The position numbers were made by a program, and so were the translations under genes. The notes under the pieces are model-generated. The model saw nothing but the letters and a program-made list of their open reading frames with translations, did no database searches and was not told the DNA's origin. Shown in pieces: positions 31,021-43,773 of a stretch of DNA of 64,000 nt (within the stretch, counting starts at the first letter, position 1; every line of letters starts with the position of its first letter). This DNA comes from an uncultured Bacilli bacterium (GTDB taxonomy: Bacteria > Bacillota_I > Bacilli_A > RFN20 > CAG-826), in NCBI GenBank assembly GCA_944368975.1, contig CALVXI010000001.1:34260-98259 (forward strand). Reading direction: 5' to 3'.

Positions 31021-31243
31021 CAATTTTATAAATTTTGAATTTGGAAAAAGAATCGAATATCTTCGTCGTCAACAACATATTACTCAAGAAGAGCTTTCTT
31101 TTCGCTGCAATATAAACAAAAATTATTTAAGTGATATTGAAAGAGGAAAAAGAAATCCCACTTTATTAGTTATTCATAAAATAGCTAATGGTCTTGGGAT
31201 TTCTTTAGAAGAGCTCTTTAAAGGCTTAGGAAAATTTAAATAG
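31007..31243 (+). CDS. XRE-family helix-turn-helix transcriptional regulator
   Basis: 'QEELSFRCNINKNYLSDIERGKRNPTLLVIHKIANGLGISLEELF'. Overlaps the whiA stop. Confidence 0.6.
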   Translation: MEINDNFINFEFGKRIEYLRRQQHITQEELSFRCNINKNYLSDIERGKRNPTLLVIHKIANGLGISLEELFKGLGKFK

Positions 31244-32825
31244 CTTGTAATTCAATTGTTGCTTCTCTAATCGATAAGTTATTAGTTTGATAATAAGCTC
31301 TAATTGTAACAGGTTCAGTAGTTGATTTTAAAACTGTAATATTTCCTTCATTATCAACTGAAATAGCCTCTAGGTCATTAGATTCAAAAATTAATGGGAG
31401 ATCTAGAGGGTTATTAGCTGTATAAGTTAGTTTAAAAGTATCACCAACATGTAAATTTAAAGCTTCATAATCGCTTGGAACGCTTAAATCAGTAATAGAA
31501 GTTGGATAATAAGTAGTAAAGCGTGTATTATACCCATTTAAACCATCAAGTTGATAAGTTGATAAGGCTTCATATTGAGATAAGACGCTTTTAACTTCAT
31601 TTTTAAAATATTCAGTTTCAGTAATTACTGAGCCATAATTTGTATAATCGGCATGAAGTTCATCCATTTTTGTACGGACAGCAAGTAAATTATTGTAATC
31701 AGATAATTTATTTTGAACTAAGGTTTTATTATTTTCAAAATAGTCATCGCTAAACGTGTAATTGTCTTTATTTAAGTTGATTGTTAACCAATCAAAAACA
31801 CGTGTTTCATCTTGAATAGTAGTTTCAGCAATGATTTTTAATTCTAAGTTAGTCCATTTGCTAGATTCATCTTCGCTAAAAATAACATTAATATCATTAA
31901 TAACTTGTGGCACAAATTGTGGAATTAATGCTGGTAGAAACATTCCAGCAAGACCATCTAAATTTGAAGCCATATCTAATAATTGGTTATATAAATCTCC
32001 CCATAATGTATTAATTAGAGCAGTTCCAATTGTATTTAGTGATAAAATAGTATCATTTCCGACTTTTTCTTCCTCTATTAAGTTACTAATAATAGGAATA
32101 ATTTCATTAATTACATCATCACTTGGTAAGTTTGGTAGCATTGGCAAAATGGTATCAACTAGAGTTCCGCCTAGAGCCTCACCTAAATTAGTTTGCTCCA
32201 TTAAAATTGCGCTTTCTTCTTCATTCCATGTTGTAACATCATTAGTTGTAGTTTTACCAGCTGCATTTAATGATGTGTATAAGTAACCATCGCCTATGTA
32301 ATCTACACTTAAACTTTTAAAATTTGTAAGTGATAAATAATTAATTTCTGGCATGAAACTTGGTAACATTTGTAAAATTACACCAAGAAAATCACTTGTT
32401 GTAGGTCTAATAGTGCTTATTTTAAAATTAATTGCATCTAAATAATTTTTTGCATCAATAGAATCTTGGTTATATTTAATGTCGATATCAAAAGGCAAAT
32501 TTAAAAATGCTGCCAATTCGCTTTCAAGTTCTGTTGGAATTTGATATGCAGAGATGTCTAAGTTAAATCTTACGCCACTAGTATAATCATATGTTAGTAA
32601 TGTATAGATAAAATTATCAACATATTCTGGTAAGTCAATTTCTGGAGTTTCTGGGTTAGAAGGATCTTCGGTTGATGGATCATCAGGTAAAACTTCAGGA
32701 TCACTTGGTATAATTTCATTTCCTCCTTCATCAGTGGGTGTTTTAGTATCGAATTGGATATCTCCACAGGAAGTTAAAACTAATCCTCCTAATAAAGAAA
32801 ATATCAATAAACCTTTCTTTTTCAT
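31236..32825 (-). CDS. surface lipoprotein with C-terminal bacterial Ig-like (Big_2) domain
   Basis: 'MKKKGLLIFSLLGGLVLTSCG' lipobox. GGAGG RBS. Big_2-like 'LHVGDTFKLTYTANNPLDLP...VTIRAY'. Start moved to MKKKG. Confidence 0.6.
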   Translation of the reverse strand: MKKKGLLIFSLLGGLVLTSCGDIQFDTKTPTDEGGNEIIPSDPEVLPDDPSTEDPSNPETPEIDLPEYVDNFIYTLLTYDYTSGVRFNLDISAYQIPTELESELAAFLNLPFDIDIKYNQDSIDAKNYLDAINFKISTIRPTTSDFLGVILQMLPSFMPEINYLSLTNFKSLSVDYIGDGYLYTSLNAAGKTTTNDVTTWNEEESAILMEQTNLGEALGGTLVDTILPMLPNLPSDDVINEIIPIISNLIEEEKVGNDTILSLNTIGTALINTLWGDLYNQLLDMASNLDGLAGMFLPALIPQFVPQVINDINVIFSEDESSKWTNLELKIIAETTIQDETRVFDWLTINLNKDNYTFSDDYFENNKTLVQNKLSDYNNLLAVRTKMDELHADYTNYGSVITETEYFKNEVKSVLSQYEALSTYQLDGLNGYNTRFTTYYPTSITDLSVPSDYEALNLHVGDTFKLTYTANNPLDLPLIFESNDLEAISVDNEGNITVLKSTTEPVTIRAYYQTNNLSIREATIELQAI

Positions 32826-33040
32826 AAAAGCCTCCGTTTTCACTATAATAATTGTTTCACAATTATATGAAAGTGTCAAATAATATTAATTTATATCTAG
32901 TTTTTAATACTATGTAAGATAGTTTTAATAATTTTTTAAAATAATATTATTAAAGTACATAAAATAACATAAAAGTTTTTAATTACTAGATAAAAGTGCC
33001 GATTATATCGAACATTTTTTAAATTTAATTACAAGATAAT

Positions 33041-33069
33041 TTGACATATTCTATTACTCTAATTATAAT
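33041..33069 (+). promoter_or_regulatory. consensus sigma-A promoter immediately upstream of the 33078 ATG (possible leaderless transcript)
   Basis: TTGACA at 33041-33046, a 17-nt spacer, then TATAAT at 33064-33069. The ATG lies 8 nt downstream with no SD. Confidence 0.45.
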
Positions 33070-33077
33070 AGAATTGT

Positions 33078-34094
33078 ATGGAAAAGAAAAAAATTAATAA
33101 CATTCTTATTATTTGTACTCTAGTAATAGTAGGAGTTGCTGGAGGTGGTACTTTAGGCTATTTTTTAGGAGAAAGATATAATCCTGCCTTAATACCTGAA
33201 GCTAATTCGGACACTGTTGTCAGAGACGATTTAAATGAAGTTTGTAATAGAATTAATAATTATGTTGGTAATAAAAACATTGAAGATATAAATTTTGCAA
33301 ACGTTAGTCAATTTACTGCAAGTGATATAGTTAATTATGGAATTTCAAACTTTAAACACAGTCAAAATATTACCCAAATTTCACATGGTGAAAGTGTTAC
33401 TAATGGTTCTATTAAAATAACTCAAGAAATTACTTGTTCATATATTAAAAATGGAAATAAGTATTTCAAAGAAAGATTAAGTAATTCTAGCTTAGTAAAA
33501 TTAGCTACTAGATTTTATAATTTTGATATTTTAACTGAAAATAGCGAGGTTTTTGAAAATTTTCAAGTAGATACATATTTAGGTTCAATCATTGATAGTT
33601 ATAATGCCGCATTTGATAACAATAAAATAAGTTATACAACCGAAGAAGATTTTTTAAATACTTATGGTATTAATTATAATGAAGCTTTTGTGTATACAAT
33701 ATGTAATGATGCGTTAATTAATAGAACTACAATTCAAGGAATTGAATATTCGACAGGTATTGCAAAAACTGAAAACGGATATCAAGTTACTTTAGCTTTA
33801 GATCCTTCTAAATCAACTGTTGATTATCGTAAAGAAATGTTATCGACAACCGATATGGATATGGAGGATGGTAAAGAGATTGAGCCACGTTTTACAAATG
33901 TTGCTTTAGTATTTAATTTAGATGACAAATTAAATATTGTTTCTTATAGTTCGTATGAACATTATTGGGTTAAAAAAATAGGATGGAATGAAATGGATGG
34001 ACACATGAATTATTTCATCTATAGTGATGATGAAAGTTTAACTATTCCTACCCTAGAAGAATCAATACCTTATCAAACATTAATAAAGGAGTAA
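33078..34094 (+). CDS. membrane-anchored extracytoplasmic protein, unknown function
   Basis: Single N-terminal TM 'ILIICTLVIVGVAGGGTLGYFLG' followed by a ~300-aa hydrophilic domain. Confidence 0.4.
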   Translation: MEKKKINNILIICTLVIVGVAGGGTLGYFLGERYNPALIPEANSDTVVRDDLNEVCNRINNYVGNKNIEDINFANVSQFTASDIVNYGISNFKHSQNITQISHGESVTNGSIKITQEITCSYIKNGNKYFKERLSNSSLVKLATRFYNFDILTENSEVFENFQVDTYLGSIIDSYNAAFDNNKISYTTEEDFLNTYGINYNEAFVYTICNDALINRTTIQGIEYSTGIAKTENGYQVTLALDPSKSTVDYRKEMLSTTDMDMEDGKEIEPRFTNVALVFNLDDKLNIVSYSSYEHYWVKKIGWNEMDGHMNYFIYSDDESLTIPTLEESIPYQTLIKE

Positions 34095-34097
34095 ATC

Positions 34098-35468
34098 ATG
34101 AAAAATTATGTTAAATATCCTTTAATTTTTATAGGCAGTTTTGCAGCATCCTTTTTAGTGTTCTTTCGGGCTTTACCAGCTTTAACTAGACATATTGATA
34201 GAGGTGAATTATCTAACGAAGATAAATTTTTTAATGAAATAAAAACATTAGATAATTATGAAATAAACGATGCAGTCTTTACTTTAACTAAAAATGTCAC
34301 TAAAGATAATATTGAAACAAAAGAAGTTTATAACATAGTAACTGATTTTAAATTAGATGCGAGTGATGTCGATAATTTAAAATTAGCTGGAGCAATTGAT
34401 ATTTATTATAATGTTACATATAACAATTTTGTTTCACCTATAATTAGCTTTGATTTTACTTATGTCGATTCATCACTTTATTTAAATACTGATGATATAT
34501 TTTTTGGAAAGCAGAACATTTCTTTTGAATTAAAGAACTTTACTGATATTTTAAATATCTTGCCACTTGATAGCATTACGAATTATTTTGATCTAAATTT
34601 AATTTTTGGTTATTTAAGTGATATAGAGGAAGTTAATCCAAATGGAGAAGATTATTTATATAAAACATTTTCTTTAAATATACCAGATTTTCAAACCGAA
34701 GTTATTTTTAGAACTGATGAAGATTTTAAATTAACTGAATTATTTACACGTAAAGGTCAAGAATTTAAATTTGAAGATGGCTCGACTTTATCAATTAATG
34801 CATCAAATATTATAAAAGGAGAAAAAGTTAATATTATTACTCCTAATCCAGATGATTATATTAATCTAGATAATCTATTATTATCAACAAGTAATATATT
34901 TACTTCATTAAATAATGAAGGGATTGGTTTAAAAGGGGATTTAAGTGTTAGTTTTGCAAACATTAATTTAATTAATTTTAATGATATAAGTATTGATATA
35001 AATAAAGATTATAATGCTTTCATTAATATTAAAGAAGGTGCTTTAGGATTAGAAGGAAATATACGTGTCTATGATAATGTTGGTTATATTGAAAACTCGA
35101 AAGAAAAAATCACACCAGAATCAATTGATGCTTTAATTAACTTAATAGGTACAAATAATACTGATACTTATAATAGTTTATTTTACGATATTTTAAGTGA
35201 TTATAATTTAGACAACACTTATAGATTTATTTCAGATATTAATTTAGAAAATAATGTCTTTACTTTAGAAATAAATAATGGACTAAGACCTAATATAATA
35301 TCTATAGAATATAATGAAGAGAATTTTATTAATGAAATAAATATTAGCAATTTAAATATAAAAGGTATGAATTTAAATGCTAATTTATTAACTAAAGAGT
35401 TTACTGATTTTAGTGATGATTACTCATCTTTTAATAAAGATGAGTATCAAAATACTTGGTTAATTTAA
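34098..35468 (+). CDS. membrane-anchored extracytoplasmic protein, unknown function
   Basis: N-terminal TM 'YPLIFIGSFAASFLVFF' followed by a ~430-aa Asn/Asp-rich domain. RBS AAGGAG. Confidence 0.4.
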   Translation: MKNYVKYPLIFIGSFAASFLVFFRALPALTRHIDRGELSNEDKFFNEIKTLDNYEINDAVFTLTKNVTKDNIETKEVYNIVTDFKLDASDVDNLKLAGAIDIYYNVTYNNFVSPIISFDFTYVDSSLYLNTDDIFFGKQNISFELKNFTDILNILPLDSITNYFDLNLIFGYLSDIEEVNPNGEDYLYKTFSLNIPDFQTEVIFRTDEDFKLTELFTRKGQEFKFEDGSTLSINASNIIKGEKVNIITPNPDDYINLDNLLLSTSNIFTSLNNEGIGLKGDLSVSFANINLINFNDISIDINKDYNAFINIKEGALGLEGNIRVYDNVGYIENSKEKITPESIDALINLIGTNNTDTYNSLFYDILSDYNLDNTYRFISDINLENNVFTLEINNGLRPNIISIEYNEENFINEINISNLNIKGMNLNANLLTKEFTDFSDDYSSFNKDEYQNTWLI

Positions 35469-37363
35469 TATTTTTTTAGCATTAACCTTAAAGCATTTAA
35501 AACACAAATTAAAGTAACACCAACATCTCCAAATATACCAAGCCACATGCTATAACTTCCAAGTAAACCAATAGAAGTTATAATCATAATTAATACTTTT
35601 ATTCCTATACTAAGTATGATGTTTTCATAAACAACAAATATTGTTGACTTTGATATTTTCTTTATTTTATTGATAGTATTTAAACTATCATTCATTAAGA
35701 CTACATCACTTGCTTCAATAGCAGCATCACTTCCTAAGGCTCCCATCGATATTCCTAAATCACTCATTTTTAAGCTTATTGCATCATTAACACCATCTCC
35801 AACAAAGCCAACAACTTCATTCTTTTTCTTATTTTTTAATATTTCATCGAGAATTTTAGCTTTATCTTGAGGTAATAAATTTGAGTAATAGTTATTAATT
35901 TGACAAGTACTAGCAATTTCTTTAGCAACTTTTTCATTATCTCCAGTTAGCATATAGACATTTTTAATCCCTCTTTTATAAAAAGTAGTGATTGCTTCTT
36001 TAGAATCTTCCTTGATAATATCTTTAATGCAGATTGATCCGATGAATTCATTATCATAATTAATATAAATAATTGTTCCGACTTCAGATAAAACTTTATA
36101 AGAAAGATTAAATTCTTTCATTAATGCTTCATTTCCAACATATAAAGGCTTTCCTTTATATGTTAAATAATTTCCTTTGCCTTCAATAACTTTAAAATCT
36201 TTAATATCATTTATATCAATAATTTCAGTAGTAATTTTATTTTTAATCGCTTTAGCAATAGGGTGATTTGAATGTAATTCACTTGCATATGCTAATTCTA
36301 AAATATTGTAGTTATTATTTTCTTTATTAATTGATGAAACTTCAAAATTACCTTTTGTAATTGTGCCAGTTTTATCTAAAACAATTGTTGATAATTTATT
36401 AATTTGTTCGATATATATACTCCCCTTAATTAGAGCTTTATATTTACTAGCTTCGCCAATACCGATAAAGAAAGCCATTGGAACACTAATAACTAAAGAG
36501 CAAGGACAACTTATAACTAAGAAAGTAGCACCTCTAAATATCCAGTCTGACCAAACATCTAAACTATTCATATTAATAAATAATGGAGGAATAATCGCGA
36601 CAATTACTGCCAATAATACGACAATAGGAGTATAAATTCTTGCAAATTTTGAAATAAATTTTTCTTCTTTTGTTTTTTTATTTGTGGCATTTTCCACTAA
36701 TTCTAAAACCTGATTTAAAGTAGAGTTATAGAATTCTTTAGTAACTTTAATTATTAAAATTGAACTTAAATTTACGACACCACTTATAATTTCTTGATTT
36801 TCATGAATTTCTCGAGGTAAAGATTCACCAGTCATTGAGCTTGTATCAAGGGTGCTTTTTCCTTCAATTACAATACCATCTAATGGTACTCTTTCACCGG
36901 GTTTTACAATAATATAATCATTGATTTTAACTTTTTCAGGTTCAACGATTACTTCAATTTTATCATTATATAAAGTAACTTTATCGGGTCTCATTTCAAA
37001 AATTGCTTCAACATTTTTTTGTGATTTTTTATAACCTATTTCTTCGATATATTCACCTAAAGTAAAGAAAAGAATAACGGCTAATCCCTCAATATATTCT
37101 CCAATAACAAAAGCAACGATAGTTGCTAATAAAGTTAGAAATATTTCATCAAAAATTTGCCCATGGATAATGTGTTTAAAAGCTTTTATATAATAAGGAT
37201 AACTTATTAATAAATAACCAAATAAAGTAAAAGGTAAAATAATTGCAAGTTCAAAGCTAACATTACCAAAACTTATATCAGTAAAGGTAAAGTTAAAAAT
37301 AAGCATAAGAATAAGAATAATGGAAGAAGTAATAATTTTAATTAATTCGATTTTGTTTTTCAT
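35465..37363 (-). CDS. cadA: heavy-metal (Cd/Zn-type) P1B-type ATPase, core without HMA domain
   Basis: Motifs 'SCPCSLVISVP', 'DKTGTIT' and 'GDGVNDA'. Eight predicted TM segments. Confidence 0.85.
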   Translation of the reverse strand: MKNKIELIKIITSSIILILMLIFNFTFTDISFGNVSFELAIILPFTLFGYLLISYPYYIKAFKHIIHGQIFDEIFLTLLATIVAFVIGEYIEGLAVILFFTLGEYIEEIGYKKSQKNVEAIFEMRPDKVTLYNDKIEVIVEPEKVKINDYIIVKPGERVPLDGIVIEGKSTLDTSSMTGESLPREIHENQEIISGVVNLSSILIIKVTKEFYNSTLNQVLELVENATNKKTKEEKFISKFARIYTPIVVLLAVIVAIIPPLFINMNSLDVWSDWIFRGATFLVISCPCSLVISVPMAFFIGIGEASKYKALIKGSIYIEQINKLSTIVLDKTGTITKGNFEVSSINKENNNYNILELAYASELHSNHPIAKAIKNKITTEIIDINDIKDFKVIEGKGNYLTYKGKPLYVGNEALMKEFNLSYKVLSEVGTIIYINYDNEFIGSICIKDIIKEDSKEAITTFYKRGIKNVYMLTGDNEKVAKEIASTCQINNYYSNLLPQDKAKILDEILKNKKKNEVVGFVGDGVNDAISLKMSDLGISMGALGSDAAIEASDVVLMNDSLNTINKIKKISKSTIFVVYENIILSIGIKVLIMIITSIGLLGSYSMWLGIFGDVGVTLICVLNALRLMLKKY

Positions 37364-37365
37364 AA

Positions 37366-37578
37366 TTAAAACTCCTTGATGGTGACACCATCTTCAAAAA
37401 ACTTGCAGATCTTAATTATTTTTTCTAAAATCGTGTCATCTTCATATTCTAAAATTAATTTTTTAGTTATAAAATTAATGTTACAAGAATTGACACCTTT
37501 TACTTTTAAAATTTTATTTTCTAATATATTTGCACAATTAGCGCAATCTAATCCTTCAATTTTAAAATATTTCTTCAT
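37366..37578 (-). CDS. heavy-metal-associated (HMA) domain protein
   Basis: 'GLDCANCANILENK' CxxC metal-binding fold. Stops 2 nt before the ATPase ATG. Confidence 0.7.
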   Translation of the reverse strand: MKKYFKIEGLDCANCANILENKILKVKGVNSCNINFITKKLILEYEDDTILEKIIKICKFFEDGVTIKEF

Positions 37579-37580
37579 AA

Positions 37581-37904
37581 TTAATACTCCTCATTTAAAT
37601 GTTTTCTAGCTGTTTCGATAATTATTGAAACGTGTTCATCATCAAGTGTATAAATAACATTTTTTCCAGATTTTCTATATTTAACGATTTTATTGTCTTT
37701 TAATGTTTTTAATTGATGTGAAATAGATGATTTATTCATTTCAGTAATTTCACATAATTCAGTTACTGTTAAAGGACCATTATCTAGAGCCCATAAAATT
37801 TTTAATCTTGTGGAGTCTCCAAAAATTTTAAAAAAATCGCTAATATCATAAATTTCGCGATCATCGACCATTAATTTTTTAATTTTCTTAATTTTTTCTT
37901 CCAT
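37581..37904 (-). CDS. ArsR/SmtB-family metal-responsive repressor (CadC/CzrA-like)
   Basis: wHTH 'LTVTELCEITEMNKSSISHQLKTLKDNKIV'. Start set at 'MEEKIKK', which has a GAGGT RBS. The ORF-track start lies inside the operator and promoter. Confidence 0.8.
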   Translation of the reverse strand: MEEKIKKIKKLMVDDREIYDISDFFKIFGDSTRLKILWALDNGPLTVTELCEITEMNKSSISHQLKTLKDNKIVKYRKSGKNVIYTLDDEHVSIIIETARKHLNEEY

Positions 37905-37923
37905 AATTCTTGACCTCGTATAT

Positions 37924-37953
37924 ATAATAGTTGAACAATTGTTCAACTGTCAA
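37924..37953 (-). promoter_or_regulatory. promoter with embedded ArsR/SmtB-type operator
   Basis: Minus-strand TTGACA at 37948-37953, an 18-nt spacer, then TATTAT at 37924-37929. The perfect 20-bp palindrome AGTTGAACAATTGTTCAACT (37929-37948) fills the spacer. TGAACA..TGTTCA is the CzrA/SmtB-type box. Confidence 0.7.
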
Positions 37954-37965
37954 GCAAAAGAAAAA

Positions 37966-38940
37966 CTATTTTTTTCCTGTTTTTCTTGAAATTAAAGTAA
38001 TAATGATTGCTCCAATAATACCAATACCGACAGATATACCTAAAACAATCCAAAAAGCATAAGGAGTATTATATAAAGGACTATTATCTTCAGAGAAGTT
38101 CATGCCAAATAAGCTTGCAATCAATGTAGGAATAGATATCACAATAGTAATTATAGATAAAGTTTTCATAACAATATTTAAATTATTAGAAATAATAGAA
38201 GCAAAAGCGTCCATCATACCTGCTAAAATATCACGGTAAATGTTACACATTTCGACTGCTTGATCGAGCTCAACTTGGGCATCTTCCATTAAGTCAAGAT
38301 CGTCTTCAAATTTTTTATATGATGGAGACTTTAATAGTTTAGATAAAACAGCTTTATTAGCATTTAAAGCAGTAGAAAAATAAACAAATGTTTTATTAAT
38401 ATCCATTAATTCAAATATTTCTTTATTTTTCATTGATGTGTGAATTCTTTGTTCGACATCTTTAGTATGTTTATCAATTTTCTTTAAGTATGTAATAAAT
38501 TCACGTGATAATTGATAAATAATATTTAAAGTTAAACGTACTTTTTTACTTGGCTCTAAATTTTTAACTTTTGCGAATAAAGAATTTAGTAAAGTTTGAT
38601 TGGATTTTGAGATTGTAACAAAATAATGCTGATTATATATAATAATAAAAGGTTCAGTATAAATTTCACCTTCCTCGTTAGTACAAGGAGCATCTAAAAC
38701 AATTAAAACATCTCCTTCATCTTTATCAATACGTGCAGTTTCTTCTTCATCAAGACCAGTAAGGAGAAAATCTAAATTTAAAGAAGTTTTTTCACTAATT
38801 AGAGTTAAATTCTCAGCTGTTGGGGTAGTAACATGAATCCAAGAATGATCAAAAATTTCAGTATCTTTATTGAAATCTGGACATACCTCAGAAACTAATT
38901 TTTTTTCAACTTCTTTGTAAATTGTAATACCTTCTGCCAT
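37966..38940 (-). CDS. corA: CorA-family Mg2+/Co2+ transporter
   Basis: C-terminal two TM segments with 'LFGMNF' (the GMN motif). Length 324 aa. Confidence 0.85.
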   Translation of the reverse strand: MAEGITIYKEVEKKLVSEVCPDFNKDTEIFDHSWIHVTTPTAENLTLISEKTSLNLDFLLTGLDEEETARIDKDEGDVLIVLDAPCTNEEGEIYTEPFIIIYNQHYFVTISKSNQTLLNSLFAKVKNLEPSKKVRLTLNIIYQLSREFITYLKKIDKHTKDVEQRIHTSMKNKEIFELMDINKTFVYFSTALNANKAVLSKLLKSPSYKKFEDDLDLMEDAQVELDQAVEMCNIYRDILAGMMDAFASIISNNLNIVMKTLSIITIVISIPTLIASLFGMNFSEDNSPLYNTPYAFWIVLGISVGIGIIGAIIITLISRKTGKK

Positions 38941-39042
38941 ATTTCAAATTATAAATCTTTTTTATAAAAAAACTAGATTTTTTATGTAAATATTGATATA
39001 AAAATGTAAAAAGCCTGCAAAAGTTAAATCTTTTTTATATTT

Positions 39043-39514
39043 TTAAAGTTTAATATTTGGGAACTTTACATGAAATTGATCTCTAGTTAAAAGATTTTTA
39101 CATTTATTTAAAAGAGTCGTGTATATAATGTTTTCTTTATCAAGAATCAGAAATCTAGAATCTCCTTTATTTGTATAAAACAAAAGTGTTTTATGTTTTT
39201 TAGTATATTCCTCATCTATATATAAAATATCATTAAATTCATATACTAATTCCTTTGTAAAACGCACATGAACTAGTGAACTATTTGTAAGGACATAATA
39301 ATTTTTTATAAGTAAAACATATAAAAATAAGCCACATATAATTAGCCAAATTACTAATATTATAACATCAGTGATAATAGAACTTTGAAGCTCTTCAGGG
39401 GATTTATTAAAGTAGTTGAATCTTGAGCCAAAAGCTAAATAAATGATTAATAAAATTATTAATGCAACTATAATAAAAGAAGTAATTAATTTTTTTCTAC
39501 TTGGATAAATTCTC

Positions 39515-39525
<11 letters not shown>
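39043..39525 (-). CDS. hypothetical membrane protein
   Basis: Two N-terminal TM helices. Overlaps the atpC end. Confidence 0.35.
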
Positions 39526-42234
<2,709 letters not shown>

Positions 42235-42245
<11 letters not shown>

Positions 42246-43773
42246 ATTTAGTTAAATCTTCTTCATCAATATTCTTCTTAATAGTATTTATAAGTTCATT
42301 GATTTCATTTTTATCTTCGTCAGTGAATTTTTTATCATTTTCTATATGCTCATAAATGTAGTTATGATGGGTTCTAATTGCGTTATCTAAAAGCTTTAAA
42401 ATGTGATGAACACTATTTGCATTAACATCGTCTAATAATCCACTTTGAACAGCATAAATATCAATAATTTCCTGAGACATTTTTAATGGCATATATTGCT
42501 TTTGTTTTAAAACTTCTAGTAATATAGCACCATGATTTAATATTTTTTGTGTTGATTTATCTAAATCACTTCCAAAACGAGAAAAATCAAGCATTTCGTG
42601 ATATGAAGCAAGTTGCATTCTTAAATTTTTACTTACTTCCTTCATAATTTTAGTTTGAGCGCTACTACCAACACGAGAAACACTAAGATTTGAATCGATT
42701 GCTGGTCTTTGACCAATATTAAATAAATCGGTATTCAAAAATAATTGACCATCAGTAATTGAGATTATATTTGTTGGAATGTAAGCACTAATATCGCCTG
42801 CTTGCGTTTCAACAATTGGTAAAGCAGTAATAGAACCACCTCCTAATTCTTTACTTAATTTGCAAGCTCTTTCAAGAAGTCTAGAGTGAAGATAGAAAAT
42901 ATCCCCAGGATAAGCTTCTCTACCAGGACTTCTTCTAAGTAAAAGAAGTAATGTTCTATAAGCTACAGCGTGTTTTGATAAATCATCATAAACAATTAAA
43001 ACATCTTTTCCTTGATGCATCCAATACTCGGCAATTGAAACTGCACTATATGGGGCTATATATTGCATTGGTGAAGGTTCACTAGCACTCGAATTCACTA
43101 TGCATGTATATTTTAATGCATCGTGTTGCTTTAATTTATTCATAATTTGAGCTATAGATGAATTCTTTTGACCTATAGCACAATAAACACAATAAACATT
43201 TTTATCTTTTTGATTAATTATTGTATCAATAGCAATAGCAGTTTTACCTGTTTGACGATCTCCAATGATTAATTCTCTTTGTCCTTTTCCAATAGGAATC
43301 ATTGAATCAATGGCTTTAATACCAGTCTCAAGAGGTTCATTAACTTTATCTCTATCCATAATTTGTGGAGCTTGTAATTCGACTGGTCGAGTAGTAGTAG
43401 TTTCTATTTTTCCAAGTCCATCAATTGGAGTGCCAATAGCGTTAATTACTCTTCCTAATAAAGCATCTCCAACAGGTATTGAAACAACTTCCTTAGTTCT
43501 TTGACATAAGTCACCTTCTTTAATATTTGTATCATTACCGAATAAAGCAACACCTATTGAATTTTCTTCAATATTCATAACCATTCCATAACTTGGACCT
43601 GGAAAAACTATTAATTCCCCATACATTGCCTCTTCTAAACCATAAATTGTTGCAATGCAATCTCCAACAGAAACAACTTGACCAACACTTGATGTATCAA
43701 TCTTATGTTCAACGCGATCTATTTCATCTTTGATTATTTGAGATAATGAATTTAAATTATTTATATTAGCCAT
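42235..43773 (-). CDS. atpA: F1Fo ATP synthase subunit alpha
   Basis: '[11 protein letters not shown]' P-loop. Start at the second ATG, 'MANINN', which has a GGAG RBS and overlaps the atpH stop. Confidence 0.93.

Noticed and set aside
31831-32286. 151-aa ORF antisense to the lipoprotein gene
   Set aside because: It is fully contained on the opposite strand of a gene with clear signal peptide, RBS and domain evidence.
37376-37609. 77-aa + strand ORF over the HMA gene and ArsR start
   Set aside because: It is antisense to two well-supported genes.
37905-37946. N-terminal extension 'MNNCSTIIYTRSRI' of the ArsR ORF
   Set aside because: It would put the promoter -10 and the 20-bp operator palindrome inside coding sequence. 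The downstream ATG has a proper RBS.
43265-43504. 79-aa + strand ORF inside atpA
   Set aside because: It is antisense to the ATP synthase alpha subunit.
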